Origin: the human T2T-CHM13v2.0 reference genome, Homo sapiens
NCBI GenBank assembly: GCA_009914755.4
Contig: CP068257.2
Location: 40,160,001-40,224,000, forward strand
Direction: 5' to 3'
Length of the DNA stretch: 64,000 bases
Shown piece after piece: positions 12,925-31,200 of this stretch. How positions within the stretch are numbered: the stretch's first letter is position 1; each line of letters starts with the position of its first letter. A program made the translations under genes and the position numbers. The notes below the pieces were generated by a model that saw only the letters and a program-made list of their open reading frames with translations, did no database searches and was not told where the DNA came from.

Positions 12925-13468
12925 ACCATTTTTATTTTTAAAATGATAAAACAAAACACATTGCTGAACCAAGAAAAGAATTGAGATGATCGTGCAAATA
13001 ATGATGCATACTATATTTGGGAAAAATAAAAGTTATGAAACAGTAGCAGGTCCAAGTTATATACGCAACTGTGTAAAATGTGTTCTTTAAAAATCAGGGT
13101 TTCTGTGCTTTCAGCAACCTACACATGTTCTGACTTGTGATCTCAAGGTCTGGGAGACATGTGTGGTGAAATCACACACACCTGCCCCAGCAGAGGGGTC
13201 ACTGGACGTCTTCATGCGCTGCAGGGAACTCAGATGAAAGGGACCTTAAGTAATGTAACCTTTACGTTAGATTCAAACATGCCTTTATGACTGCTCATCT
13301 GATTTGTAATTTAAAGCTTAAGCAAAGTATGGCATTATTTAAATGCTCATTTTTAATTTGTTGAAAGAAAAGTCAATATTTATCATGAAGACTGCGGCTC
13401 AAGCCTAAGACCTATCTAGTGGGAAGCAGGACCAGAGCAAAGGTCTGACTGTACGTGAACATTTTAAA

Positions 13469-13782
13469 TTTTTTTTTTTGTTTTTTTTTTTTTGAGACAG
13501 AGTCTCACTCTGTTGCCCAGGCTGGAGTGCAGTGCTGTGGTGCGATCTTGGCTCATTGCAACCTCCACCCCCTGGATTCAAGCAATTCTCCTGCCTCAGC
13601 CTCCCTGGTAACTGGGATTACAGGCATGTGCCACCACGCCCGGCTAATTGTTTTGTATTTTTAGTACAGACGGTGTTTCACCATGTTGGCCAGGCTGGCC
13701 TCGAACTCCTGACCTCAGGTGATCTGCCCACCTCGGCCTCCCAAAGTGCTGGGATTACAGGCGTGAGCCACTGCACCTGGCC
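13469..13782 (-). mobile_element. Alu (reverse orientation).
   Basis: Poly-T then 'gagacagagtctcactctgttgcccaggctggagtgcag...gcgtgagccactgcacctggcc'. Confidence 0.9.
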
Positions 13783-14894
13783 AAAATTTTAATTTTTTAA
13801 ATAAAATGTTATCCTTAGACTGCCTTTCCTCCTCTGTTTACTCTTCTTTACACTGTGTGTGTACATGCACTGGTTCACATGTGTGCATGTGTGAGCATGC
13901 ACTGCGCTCATGGGTGTGTGTTGAAGGCCGAAAGAACGAGGGTCGTGACCAGCTCAGCACACCGCTGGAGGCTGTATGAGCAAACAGCAAACTGTTCTCA
14001 TGAATGCAGGTTGTTGGCAAACTGACAAACCGCCACCAGAAGGAACCCTGAGGGCAGTCACGCCCCAGGCGCAGTGTTTCTTGTGATTATCTACAGCCAC
14101 ATCTGAAGCCTGTTGTATAAAGAAAGCAATTATGTGAACCTGTCATAAATCAAGCAGCTGACCAATCGTTACCTTTTGCTCCCTGTTGATTCTGCCTAGT
14201 AAATACGAAGGGCTTTAGAGGCTCAGGGCCCTTGCTCACTAGAAGCAAGGAGCCCCCGACCCCTTCTTTAAAACAGATCTTTTTGTCTTTGTCTTCATTT
14301 CTGCGTTCATCCCCCTTCGTTCAGTCCTGTAGTAACCGTCATAGGTGTGCATGCACAAGTATGTGTGTGTGTGTATGCACATGAGACTGAACCTGAGAAG
14401 CTCCACACTCAGCTACATCAGGGGCAGCCCAAGACCTGCGGAACTTTCCAGCATGACTCACGTCTCCCCGTCCTGCCCCTATCTTCCAGAACACTGCCAG
14501 CCAGATGTATCTTATGTAACGCCATCCCTCATGCAGAGGACCTGCAGGTTCTACACACTGGCATTTGGGGGCCCCTTGGGAAAGTGACCAGTGAGGCTGA
14601 GAGGTCCACAAGCCCTACCCATACCCCAAGAACCTTCAGGCTTGCAGAGATTTGAGGAAACCTCCAGTACAAGAGGTAGGAAACAAACAGAAAAGAAACA
14701 GACAGTTCAGAGATTGGTGGCAGAGGGAGAGCTTCAAATCTTCAGAGAAGATGTGTCACCCATGAAACTAGAACACAGTGAGTAGGGGACAAGGAGGACC
14801 AGATAACCAGAAAGAACGCTTAGAAATTAAAACATGAAGGCCAAGACTAAACATTAAAGAGTCAAGAAGATCGTCCAGAAATTACCACAAAAGG

Positions 14895-15195
<301 letters not shown>

Positions 15196-15454
15196 CAAAA
15201 CACACAAACAAAAACAAACAAAAAAACAAGAGAAAAAAGAAAAGAAAAACGAAATTCCCACAGCACTACATCTGCAGTAGGCACTGAAAGCCTCCTGTCC
15301 TGGGAGACTCCCCTCCTGCCTCCTGGACAGTCCCACTCTGCCTTTGTCTCCCTTCTCTCCTCTTAGAATTCCCACTAGCCGGATGCCTCTGCCAACTGAA
15401 GCTACTATGAACATTGTGTGTAAGTCTTTTGTGGATATATGTTTTCATTTATCT

Positions 15455-15495
15455 TAGGTATTAGGTTGGTGCAAAAGTAATTGCGTTTTTTGCTG
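15455..15495 (+). mobile_element. MADE1/Hsmar1-type MITE fragment (about half an element).
   Basis: 'ttaggttggtgcaaaagtaattgcgttttttgc' matches the MADE1 terminal inverted repeat start TTAGGTTGGTGCAAAAGTAATTGCGG. Confidence 0.55.
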
Positions 15496-15513
15496 CAAAT
15501 TTCTGAGTTAAGC

Positions 15514-15600
15514 CTACTGAGCCGAGATCGCACCACTGCACTCCAGCCTGGGCAACAGAGCGAGACTCTGCCTCAAAAAAAAAAAAAAAAAAAAAAAAAG
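15514..15600 (+). mobile_element. 3' fragment of an Alu right arm with an A-tail.
   Basis: 'ctgagccgagatcgcaccactgcactccagcctgggcaacagagcgagactctgcctcaaaaaaaaaa'. Confidence 0.75.
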
Positions 15601-15739
15601 AAGAAGAAAGCACAGAATTCTCACCCACACTCTCTGCTCCTGCATCCCCGCCAGATCTGTATTGGTGTGGTGCATTCATTACAGCTGATGAACCAAAACG
15701 GATCATTATTATTAACTAATTATTTAAAATTAACATTTA

Positions 15740-16087
<348 letters not shown>

Positions 16088-16243
16088 GTCATGGAAAGCA
16101 GCTCAGGTGCTTCTTTGTTTTATCACTCCCAGGAAAGTGAGGCTTTTTAAAAGGTCCTACTCTCAGTGATGTTCCACAAACTTTATCATCAAAGACAGAC
16201 AACACTCAATACACTCTAGAAAATCTCCATGTGCTTAAAGTCA

Positions 16244-16612
<369 letters not shown>

Positions 16613-17398
16613 TCAAGGAGAATATGTCAAATAGTACTTAAAGCTGTTAAGGCTTCCAACCAATTCTTGAAGTCCTTGAAGGTTCGTAGGAAAGTCAAAG
16701 AGGGGAGAAATTGCCTGGAGAAAACGGTTAACGACGCAGGGCTGGATGAGGAGTTAGTCTGTGGATTGAAGAAGTGAAAGGTTATTAGACATAAGGCTAT
16801 CATTACCTCTACTTGATCTTTAGAAGAACAGAACGGGAGGAAATATCCTAAAGAATCCAACACAAGGAAGTTTGTGGACAGGAATGCTGTTGGATGATTG
16901 CATGAAGTTGGGAAATCTCTCCAACTTGTTTCATTAATAAGAAAATAAATCATGTCTGGGGTAGTTTAGCCATGTTCTTGCTCTTGGCTTGAAACAATGG
17001 TTGTCAAGTTGCTGCCGGGGGCTATAAAACTTGATTTGGTCCCGAGTTGAGGAAAAGGACGCTCGGCTCAGCTGTGAGTCACTGGAGCCTGGAGCCACTT
17101 GTCCACCCATCAGAAGTTCTCACAGCAATTTGCACGGAAAACCAAAGCTGAGGTTAAGCCTCGTCGAGTCAGAAGTCTGACTCTGGCTGGTGAATAACCA
17201 GTTAAAATATTTCAGCTTTGACGCCACCTGAAGGCAGGTGTGGGTTGGGGGTGGCTAATTACATCCAGAGTGGGACAAAGTTCCCCGGGCAGCTGTGTTT
17301 GCAGCCGTGACAGCAAACATCGCAAACAGCAGTCAGGAGCCAGGAAAGCGATCGAGCGTTTTGCTGTTACCTTTTAAATTAAAAAAAAAAAAAAAAAT

Positions 17399-17742
<344 letters not shown>

Positions 17743-18061
17743 CTAGTTTTAAAAACAAAAGTCTCTGCACTGTTTGGTGACACATTTGCTTGCTGGTTGT
17801 TTTGGGAATGTTCCACTGAATCTTGGAGGGATGCTCTTCATTAGGGCCCATGCATTTCCGCCTAGTGTGCGCCATCCACGTTCTCATTGTTCTTCTCCTT
17901 AAAAGAATTATTCGGCCTGAGTAAGGGCCTAGCAGCCTCTCACAATTCCCAATTTCTCCCAAAGTACTGACAGTGATCCAAAAACAAAGAAAAGAACCCC
18001 AGTTCCACAAACATCAAATTAAAGATTCATTCAGACAATATTTTGTAATGATATTTTACTG

Positions 18062-18360
<299 letters not shown>

Positions 18361-19897
18361 TAATAGTAATGAATGATTCAGTTTTACTGACAATGAATTC
18401 TTTTTATTGAGAAACCTAAATCATCTAATAATGAGATAACAATTATTTCAGGGGGTGACTGAGCCGATGTTAGTAGAATGACTGAGTATAGCACATCGGG
18501 CTATTCCTCTTATCCTAAATTGATGAGCTGGATATTTGAATAGAATTCTTTTCAATTTTATATTTTTACTGATGCTTTCAAGACCCATATAGTAACTGAA
18601 AATCTAGGAACACATTTTAGCTCTGTTTCTAAAGCTCTGGACACTAAACAAATCAGTGTCCAATCTACCAAGTGGAGAACCACCTGCAGTAAAAAGATCT
18701 TAGCTTGGGAGACTAAGATACGAAGATACTTAGAGCATGTGACATGGGTATTTTTTTCACTGTGGTATTTACTGGGAGTTTCCACTGTTTTTTAATTTTA
18801 TCTATCAAGCCTCTCTAATAGACTGTCCCAAGCTGGGCACCAGAAGGTTATATAGGAATGGTTGGGATGTATGGGGACAGTCCAGGGAATATGATTGTTT
18901 AAAACCAAATAAGGCACAGTAATACACCGCTAGCTTCTATATTTAAATGCCAACATGTACCCAGGGGGCATCAGAATGTACTACAATTTTAGACATGAGA
19001 TTTACATAATGATGTCAAATAAATGCCTTTTTCATTTGCTATTTCCATTATGTAATCATCGAGCATAATAAAGATCACTTGTCATAAAGAACCATTTTCT
19101 ACTGGACAGTTACATTCCATTAATCATTAAGGTAGCATGGAGAATTAAAAGGCTTGAATAATCATGTTTTACCATTTGCTGAAAAGGGACAACAAATATA
19201 ACTTAATGAACAAAGTTGAAGAATTCATTAGTGATCTTATTAATAAGAGTGAATCATTGGAGATGAGGGTTTTCGAGGCTCATGAAGACTTGAAAATTTC
19301 AAGTGATAATTCAAACTGGATAGAACACTTTCAGCTATTGGTTTGAAGCTTCAAAGCTTTGATGGCTAAGGAAGTATGTCTTCCAACAACACCTAGACCC
19401 AGAAAAAACATGGTTAACAGTAAAAGATGTTGGGAGCCTTTTCTCCCCATGGTTCATCCGAACTGGGCAAATTCTTTCTCTTATCTCTCCAAATTATGAT
19501 CTTAATTGTTAAATTTTTCTCTTAGAATACAGCATGAATAATTTGTACAACCCGTACTACACAATACTAGTTACATGGAAAATACAAACCACATTTTAAA
19601 TGATTTAACATTGGTTATAAGGCAGTTCCACAATTATTCCCCAGAAACCTATACACTGATCTTCAATTCTGTAATCTGACTCCTGGGCATTTATTCCAGA
19701 GAAATGAAAACTCATGTACACAAAAATATTCACACAAATATTCATAGCAACTTTGATTCAGAATAGCTGCAAACTGGAAACAACCCAAAATTGTCCTTCA
19801 ATGGGCTACTGCCTAAATAAACCATAGTGTACCCGCATAATGGTCTCAGCAATGAAAAGGAATGAACTGTTGACACACCCAGCAACTTGGGAGCATC

Positions 19898-20321
<424 letters not shown>

Positions 20322-20514
20322 TTATATCAAAGTCAAATCTAACTGTGATCTAGTACAATAGTTTTTCAAACTGTTACCGCTGGGGGAAACCAGACAAAGT
20401 ATAAGAGATCTCTCTGAATGATTTTCGATAACTGTATGTGAATCTACTATCTCAGTAAAAGTTGGTTTTATGTGATCTGCTATCTCAATAAAAGTTTCCA
20501 TTAAAAAATCATGG

Positions 20515-20780
<266 letters not shown>

Positions 20781-20914
20781 CATGGTTAACATGTAAAGAA
20801 TAATACCTTGATAGACAAATATACCATATTTTTTAAAGTTATAGAATGTATGATTCCATTTTATATAACATTCTTGAAATGACAAAATTATAGAGGTAGA
20901 GAGCAGATGGTGAT

Positions 20915-21552
<638 letters not shown>

Positions 21553-22144
21553 CATGGCCTCTCGTACATTTTATAGGTCTCTATATTATAAGTCCCATAA
21601 TACATCATCTTTACTTTTGCTTGACTTTTAAATATATTTAACTGATAAGATAATAAAGTATTTGAATCTACCCACATTGTTACCATTTCCATTGTTCTCT
21701 GTGTCCTTGGACAGGTCCAGATTCCCACCTGCCATCACCTTCGCTCTGCGTGGAAGACTTCCTTAAAGAGAACTCGCACTGCAGGCTACTGACACTGAAC
21801 TCCTTCAGCCTTGTGTGTCTGGAAAAGTCTTTAATTGGGGAGCTGATTATAATCCCCAAAAACACAATCCCAAACACCATAACCCCAAACGCTGAAATCC
21901 CAGAAGATCAAACCTGAAAATCACAACCCCAAAAGATCAAAATCCTGAAAATATAATTCTGGAAAAAATAATTTTTAAAAACATTTAAAAGATATTGCAG
22001 TTCAGAAACATATCAAAACAGGACTGCACACTTCATAGACCACTTTATACAACAAAATAGGTGATAATAATAACATATACTTTGCAAGCGTAAACACTCA
22101 GGTAAACTAATGACAGTCGCACAGGTTATGAGCAGATGAACCAC

Positions 22145-22457
<313 letters not shown>

Positions 22458-23449
22458 TAAAGAAATAGGTCAAAACGGAAAGGTAGAAACACATGTCACT
22501 ATCGGTAATTGCGCACACCCAGCTTTCTAACTGTGGTCATCTGAAATACCAAACGAACAAAGTGTCTTTCAACAAGATCAATCAAAACCCCCGACGGGTC
22601 ACCACTGCATGTAGTTGCCCAAAGAGCCGAAATCTGGATAAATTTTATCTTTCACAAATGCAAATGTACAAAAAGAACATCTCTTCATTTACTGAGGAAG
22701 TTTCAACATTTTCTGATGTCCAAGGCAGCAGAAGAAACGTCTGTCCCAGCTCTCAGAGATAGACCAACTTGCCTTCTGTATTTGTTCTCTCGGGCACCCC
22801 AGCTGATTGGATGGTGCCTGCCAGCATTGAGGGCAGATCTTGCTCACCTCGTCCACTCAGACTTGCACAATAATTTCCCCAGGAGACTCACAGACACACC
22901 CGAAAGAATACTTTACCAGGTTTCTAGGTATTCTTCAATCCAGGTAAGTTGACATCTGAAATTCAGTCCACATGTGCCAACCCTGGTCAACTTGGCACAC
23001 ATAGGTATCTCATTTGACCATACTTAATTTCCAAATAAAGACAATAAGCTGATAGTTTTACTTAACATGATGCAACTATGCTATGATTGTGATTTTCAGG
23101 ATTTTACCCTTTAGGGATTTTGATCTTCTGAGATTTCAACATTCGGGAATATTGTGTTCAGGGTTGTGTCTTTCAGGATTATTATCTAAACCCCTTTATT
23201 TGGCCTTCTTTTTTGAAAGATATTTTTGCTGGGTATAGAATTTATCCTGACAGTTGCTTTCAATGCTTTCCCTATGTTGCTCCAGTGTCTTCTGGCTTGC
23301 ATCTCCTTGATGTGAATTTGACGTGTCATCATTATCTTTGTTCCTCTGTATGTGATATGTCTTTCCTCTGGATTCTTCCGGGTTTTTGTCCTTATTACTG
23401 GTTTTCAGCAATTTGATTAGTAAATGCCTTAACATAGTTTTCTTCATGA

Positions 23450-23827
<378 letters not shown>

Positions 23828-24907
23828 TCACTATTTCTTCAGATATTTTTTTCCATCTCTTTCCCTTTTCTTCCAAGGACTCTTCAAAAACTCTAATAAC
23901 ATATATTAGGCTGCTTGAAGTTATCTCAAAGCTCGCTGATGCTCTGTTCATTTTCTCCCTCTTCTTTTTCTGTGCATTTTATTTTGAATAGTTTTTTTTT
24001 TATTGCCCTAGCTTCACTGATCTTTTCTTCTGCAATATCTGACCTGCTGTGAATACTATCCAGTATGTTTGTCATGTCATCACTGAAATTTTCATCTCTG
24101 GAAGTTCAATTCATTTTGTTTTTAAAAAACTACATCTTTCATGCCTTTAACAGGTTTAATTATTTAATTATTCCTCTAGCTTTTAGAACATCTGAAAAAC
24201 AGTCATAATTTCTCTTATCTTTGTCTACCAATTCTGTCATTTCCAAGAAGATTTGATGGGTTAATTTTGCTCCTTATCATGAGTTGTATTTTCCTGATTC
24301 TTTGCATGCGTGGTCATTTTTGATTGGGTGCTGTCCTGATTTTGCATTGCTGGGTGTGAGGTGTTCTTGTATCTCTATAAAATATCCTTGAGCATTGTTC
24401 TGGGATTCAGTGAAGCGTCTTGGAAACACTTTGATCTTTTCCACGTTTTGCTATGAAGCTTTGTTCAGTGGGACCAGAGTAAGGTTTAGGGGTCATTTCT
24501 CCTCATTTTTAGGCAAAATGCTTCTGAGAACTCTGCCCAAATTTCCCTAAATTAGAGAATTTTTTCTCTCTGCATGCTGGGAACAGGTCACTTCCTCACA
24601 TGCGTGCTTGTCCGTACTCAGCTGAGAGTCATGGGGTCCTCTGTTGAGCTCTGGCGCTGTCTCTGCACAGCCCTCTCCTCCCCCATACCCTGCCCTGAGA
24701 ACTCTGGCTACCTTGTCCGTCCTGGACCTTACCTTTGTCTCATCAGTTCAGGGACTGCTGTGCCCTGCCTTGTCTCCCTCTCTGCACTGTGGCCTGGGAA
24801 GTCTCTCCAGTCCATATGCTGGGCAGTCATGGGATTCACCTGGCTTGTTTTTCATCTCTCAGGGACCACTGTCTTCACTCCTGATGGCCATATATTGTGT
24901 CTGGGCT

Positions 24908-25204
24908 TTTTTTTTTTTTTTTTTTGAGACGAGTCTCACTCTGTCACCCAGGCAGGAGCGCAGTGGTGCGATGTCAGCTCACTGCAACCTCTGCCTGCTG
25001 GGTTTAAGCAATTCTCGTGCCTCACCTCCCAAGTAGCTGGGATCACAGACGCCCACCACCACGCCCGGCTAATGTTTGTATTTTCAGTAGAGGCGGTGTT
25101 TCACCATGTTGGCCAGGCTGGTCTCAAACTCCTGACCTCAAGTGATCTGCCCACCTCGACCACTCAAAGTGCTGGGATTACAGGCATGAGCCACCACGCC
25201 CGGC
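24908..25204 (-). mobile_element. Alu (reverse orientation).
   Basis: Poly-T then 'gagacgagtctcactctgtcacccaggcaggagcgcagtggtgcgatgtcagctcactgcaacc...ggcatgagccaccacgcccggcc'. Confidence 0.9.
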
Positions 25205-25664
25205 CGTGTCTGGGCTTTTTAGCTGGTTCAAGCAGAAGAGTTAAGTCTAGTTCCTACCCCATCAGGGTCAGAAGCAGAAATGTTTAGATCAGACAATTGA
25301 ATTGCCTGTGTGAGCCCCTCCATACAGTATGAATGGCAGATGCAAGACCCTGGTGAGGGGTGGTGGCGGGTGAGAAGGAAGACTGGCTGGCAGGAAGCAG
25401 GGCCAGGCCCTACAGACCTGGAGGCTGCAGAAAGGATCTGTGGGTATTCAGAGAGCTCTCAGGATCCAAGGGAGGACGCTGGGCTTGGTGTGTGGGCCAC
25501 ACTGTAGAATGTACACCTTCAAGGGTTACTGAGGTGACGGCACGGAGAATAGACTTCCTGGGACAAGAGTGGAAGCTGACAGGCACTTAGGAGGTGTCAG
25601 CTGGAAACCTGGAGTCGGGGAATAGTGGAGGACATGGTGAAATATGGACATTTTCTTTTTCTTC

Positions 25665-25792
25665 CTTTAAGAGATGGGGTCTCACTATGTTGTTCAGGCT
25701 GGTCTTGAACATCTGACCTCAAGTGATCCTCCTGCCTTGGCATCCAAAATGTTAGGATTACAGGCATGAGGCACCACACCTGGTCTTAAAAC
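25665..25792 (-). mobile_element. Free Alu monomer / Alu half (reverse orientation).
   Basis: 'gagatggggtctcactatgttgttcaggctggtcttgaacatctgacctcaagtgatcctcctgccttggcatccaaaatgttaggattacaggcatgaggcaccacacctggtc'. Confidence 0.7.
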
Positions 25793-27883
25793 CTGGACAT
25801 TTTTGCAAACACTTGGATGTCAAGGTGGGAAGCAGGGCAAGTCCAGGATGAAGCTGGGCTCTGAGCTTGTGTGTTTAGTGATGACAGGGCTGTTGGCTGA
25901 GCATAGGGTCAGTGGGGAAGGGCCAGGTTTGGGGCCGGGCCGGGGAAAGGGCGTGTGAACTCTATGAGCTGGACGTGCTGAGCTTGATGATCCGGTGAGA
26001 CCCGCAGGTAGAGAGGAATTGTACGCTTTAATTCAAGGAAAAAATGGCAAAATACAAAGGACACATAGGACTCTCCTGAGGCCAGCATGCCTCTTCCAGA
26101 CGGTTTTAGATAAGCAGCAAGGGCAGCCTCTGGGTTTCTAGAGGCTGTTTCCTACAACATGGAGGCAGGTGCCTCTCTTTCCTTCATTACCTTGCTGTAA
26201 GATTTTGTGACTAAAACTCAAGAGAGAAGAAAACAGCTAGTGTTCAGGTCAAGCCCCAAATTGTGATGCAAATGTGGTGACGTGAAGGAAGTAATGTATG
26301 CAGTGGTCCATCTCCAAGACAAACTGCCTTGAATTGGCTTAGGTCAGCAAACTACCTAAGAAACAGGATACACTAGACCTCTGCTTGGATCATCAATGCC
26401 TGCTTGTCAGCCTCCCCCTTCCCCCTTTCTCCCCTCCCCCTTCGTTGCCCTCACCCAAACCAAAGAAATTTAGTCTAAGATGAAAGTTTACTAGCCTGCA
26501 AAATAGCTCATTTTATCTATTCGTATCAGCGTGCCCAGCTACTTAGGTCATAAGTCAAATGCTTGAAGAGCCCCTGGGCTGACTAGGATTGCAAAGCATT
26601 GTGGGCTGCAACAAAATGCAGCAGGAAAACCCTAAAAAGACACCTAAGACCCCTGCCCAACAACCAATAGGTGATGTCTGGGAAGGTTGTGAGCCCATAG
26701 TGCTCAGCCTATGAGGAACTCGGGGAGGGACCTGCACACTAGGGGATACATTGTTTGTTGAAACTGCACTGGGTGTGCCTGCCCATCAGACACCCAATCT
26801 TGCAAGACCATCATTAAAAGTCTCACTTCTGCTGTTCTTCGGGTCTCTGAGTCCGTTCTTTGGGTTTGGACGGGTGAGTCTGTTTCTCACAGATGCACCA
26901 GTGTTCAGGAGGAACTGAATGTCTCACTCGGGGAACAGGCTATATTGGCAGGAGTGAAGTCTTGGGTCTGGTCCTCCCTCTACCCAGAGGTGTGCTGAGC
27001 AGTGGTGTGTCTCTAGACAGGTAGGTCCACATTCCAATGAAGGGTGCCTTCCCCATGGTCTCCCTCTTTATAAAACACATAGAAGGCAAGCCTGTCAGTG
27101 GGGAAAGAACGGGCTACTTGGCTCCAAGACAGTCTGGATGTGGCTGCCATGCTTCGAGGACACGGAATGCGAGCTGCCTGCACTTGGGAACCCTGGGCTC
27201 AGGGGAGCCACATTCCCCGGCTAAGGGAGGAGAAGCTCTCAGCTTCACTGGAAGCAAGGCTTGGGTGGAAGGGGAGGCCCCGGCCAGCTTTGTCCGGGCA
27301 ACCCAGCGCCACTTCCAGATGATTCTGATGATTGCACCGCCATACAGGCAAGGTCACTCATCCCTGTCAGGCCAGAACGAGGACCCCTGTGAGAATACAC
27401 TCACACCAGATGTACAACCTGATGGGGAAGAAGCCAATGGCCCGCTCTGTTCCCCTCTCTACGGAGCTTGTGCCTGATGCTTGTGAAAAGGCCGTATTCA
27501 GACTGTGTGCTTGTCAGTTTTCCACCACACTGCATGGCTTTTAGCAGAGCAAATCACTAGGTGGTAATTTGCACCCTGAAAGAAACATGGGGGCGCTGAT
27601 GAATCGAATGTGCATGCTAACATGCTAACAACATCACCACCGTTTCTCCCTGCAGTGTTCTGAAAGGCTGAAAGTCTGCCTTTGTGTGCAATGAGAACCA
27701 CACAGGGCTGGCACACACAAGGACTTGCTCACAGGTGGCCAAAGGTGAAATGAATGAATCCTACTTCCTGGCAGAATTCATTGCTGGCAGATGCTACCTA
27801 AAATACAACAAAAATATCCAAGGCTTGGTTCTCACAGGTTAAATCCTCAGAAGACTGGATATGTAAGGTGTTTCCTAACTTTA

Positions 27884-28225
<342 letters not shown>

Positions 28226-31200
28226 TCAATATTTGATCAAAAGATCAATAAGATAAGGGGTCATTCCAGACCATCTGCCCAAAGAAACTCCTGCTGAAGT
28301 ATTCGCCTCTTTCTAGCTGTCAATCTTTTTGGTGCCTGTTCTCTCTCAATCTAAGCTTTACAAAAAATGCTACATGCACCCTCTTGGTGGCTTTTTTTTT
28401 TTTTTGGCAATCCCTGTGAAAGCTTCTGATACCTCAATATCTCAGGGAACATTTCAAATAATCCAAACATTTTATGAGTTCTGGACCTGAGAGGAATCAA
28501 GATGTGGCTGACGGCAGGAATCGTGAGCGTTCTCAAAGTATATGAACTGCACCACCTTCCCTAACAGGCAGCGGGAGCAGAAGGCCAGCAATTGAAAACA
28601 CGGGTCACAGCACCTTTTATTCGTCATCATACAACCTGATGTGACAGGAAATACAGCCAACATCTCCAAACAGTCTTAATGCCTTTCACAATCCAATGGG
28701 AAAGCCCAAGACGCCGCCTCTAGTGGAGAAGCCATGAGCCTTCCGCCTTTGGATGCCACAAATGGGAACGATAGAGGTACAGGAGGTCTGCCTTCCACGC
28801 CGGACCCTCCAGCGCAGTCCCATGCCGGACACAGCGAGGCGGCACTTGGCACAGAACGTTTTCCTGAGAACACGTCACACGCTAGAGCATTCCAGAGGCC
28901 CGAGCCCCTTCTCAACCCACAGACCAGGATTCACGGGGAGCAGCTGTACCTGTGGCCTCCCCGCAAGACTCACACCAGTGGATGGCACTCGAGTCCACAG
29001 CTGCACGGAGCCATGGGTCCAAAACGAATTCTCCACTGAGATGGGTCCACAGAGCCTGGTGGCCACAATGGCTGGATCTAATGTCTTCCTTTATGAATAC
29101 ATCTGTGCACCTGGGATCAGTTAAAAAACGAAATACTTCCTGTCATGATGATCAATATGCAGAACTGCGTATAGGTGAGGACTCTTCTGCCTGGGTGGTA
29201 CATGGTTGTTGTATTTTGCTATCTAGTTTCTTTGATGCAAATTTGTAGCAATTGCTTTAAGACAACCCATTTTGCCTCAGACAGTGACCCTATTAAGACC
29301 ACGTATGTTTACAGAAAACTTGGGAGTTTGATTTTTCTTTAGAGTTCTCACTTATAACAAGAAGTAAGAGGTGTCTGTGTATTGAGATAAACAGTGGTAT
29401 ATACCACACAATCTAAATTAGGTTCTTTAACAACATTTGATGCGGTCTTACTCTAGGCACTAAAACAACTTCTTTAAAAAAATAAAATTGTGATTTCCAA
29501 GGCCTTTATTTTATAGGGAAGAGGAATAAAAGATCAATGCTAGTGGGTGTTTCGTCATGAGCCCAAAGCCCGTTGGGAGTCTCTGCGAGGTCATTTGCCC
29601 TTTAGATTCTGCAAAGGCAAAAAGAAATCGATACTGATTTTTAAAAATATATCTTAGGAGCCCTGGTCTCCTGCTGATTCCATGGATGCCTGGAGCACTT
29701 GTATCTGGAGAATGGAGACAATATCACCCCAAGCCCGAATTCATTTGATGAGACTACTATGTATAAAACAGTTAATTATATACATAAATAACATAAAATA
29801 ATTCTCATAAATTAAAAGTCAAATGATCTCCCACTATTCATTCAACTGAGAGGTGAGAGCTAGGCGCGAGTGATGGTGGGTAAGGTGAGGAGGTGAGCCC
29901 CACAGACCCTCCTGCATGCTGCCTGGGGATGAACTTTCCTTAGTTCATGAAGGCATATATTGCACAAAACAAATTCCAGCCCTGTCCTCAAAAGTCTGCT
30001 GTTTGGAGTGAAGTGCTGAGAAAGTTGCGTTTTGAAAAACACAATCATCCTTTGTTCTGCTGGCAACATCAGGACTGCTCCTGATCAATTACTCAGCCAT
30101 GCCAGTGTTTCCTCAAGATGGACTCCCAGTGAGTGCAGGATCTGGGATAACTGGCAAAGCAGGACACCTTAAGGCAGGTTTGTCCTCTCACTGTGGCCAC
30201 AAACAGAGTACCAGGAAAGTTAAGAGCAAACTTCTCCCCACACCTCTCAGTGTTTCTTGTCGTGGGCAGCAGGAGGGCTGGGTGCCTCCCCCAACCCTGG
30301 CCCCTGCCCCCGAAACTGGTACACAGACGTGACAGCACGTGTCCCCGCACACGCAGACCTGGCTGTTCACCGCACATTCAGTTTTAGGGGCAATTAATGC
30401 TTCTATTAGTGAACTAACCTCTCTGCTTTCATTACCACCTGGCAGGAAATAGCATTTTCTCTGTGTTTCAGAAATACCTACACTTTTCCATTGTAAAGAG
30501 CCAAACTCATTCAATATTTTTATAGAAAACTGGTCATGAAATACACCAACCTTTGGAATTGAAGTTTAAACAGAAGGAAAATATGAATTTTCCCCCGTTT
30601 CTTCCACTCGGGATTCTGGCTGGGCTTCAGCCAGAATGGATACATTTGGATTGCAGAGAATCCTGAGACAACCCGGAGGAGCCCCTGGGGGCAGCAGGGA
30701 GGCTCACTCCTCACACACAGCCGCGCGACCCTCTGCATCTGGGCAGCTGTGAAGGGTGGACAGGGACAGATGGTCCTACAGTGCACATGACTTTATCATG
30801 TTAACATAAAACTAAAACACAATATTGGCCATAACAGTCTTGAACACATAATGTATGTTTGAAATAAAGTTAAAAAAAAAAAAGGAAAAAAACTCTATTG
30901 GAAATCGATTCATGGATATTACTAAGATGCCTTTTGAGCTGGAGTCAGTGACCTCACGTGACCCCTTGCACATGATGACCGTGATGACCTCGAAGGTTGC
31001 AGGATCAGGTGCGGCTCAGCACGCCTCATGGTTTCAGCCCATAGTTGTATAAGAACCGACTCCACTCCTAGTTCAAAGAGAATACACGTTACTTTAACTT
31101 CTATGTGCTCGCTTGCAAAAAAATCCAGAAGTGAGGAGAAAATGTTCCCTGCTGCCTGCTGCCACCTGTGAATACTGTCTGTGTTCTCATAGGAACCGAG

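Noticed and set aside
27037-27477. 146-aa plus-strand ORF (MKGAFPMVSLFIKHIEGKPVSGERTGYLAPRQ...).
   Set aside because: It has no splice-site-bounded structure, no domain-like motif and no similarity I can recognise. The size is within random expectation for 64 kb of 50% GC DNA. It is retained only as unverified.
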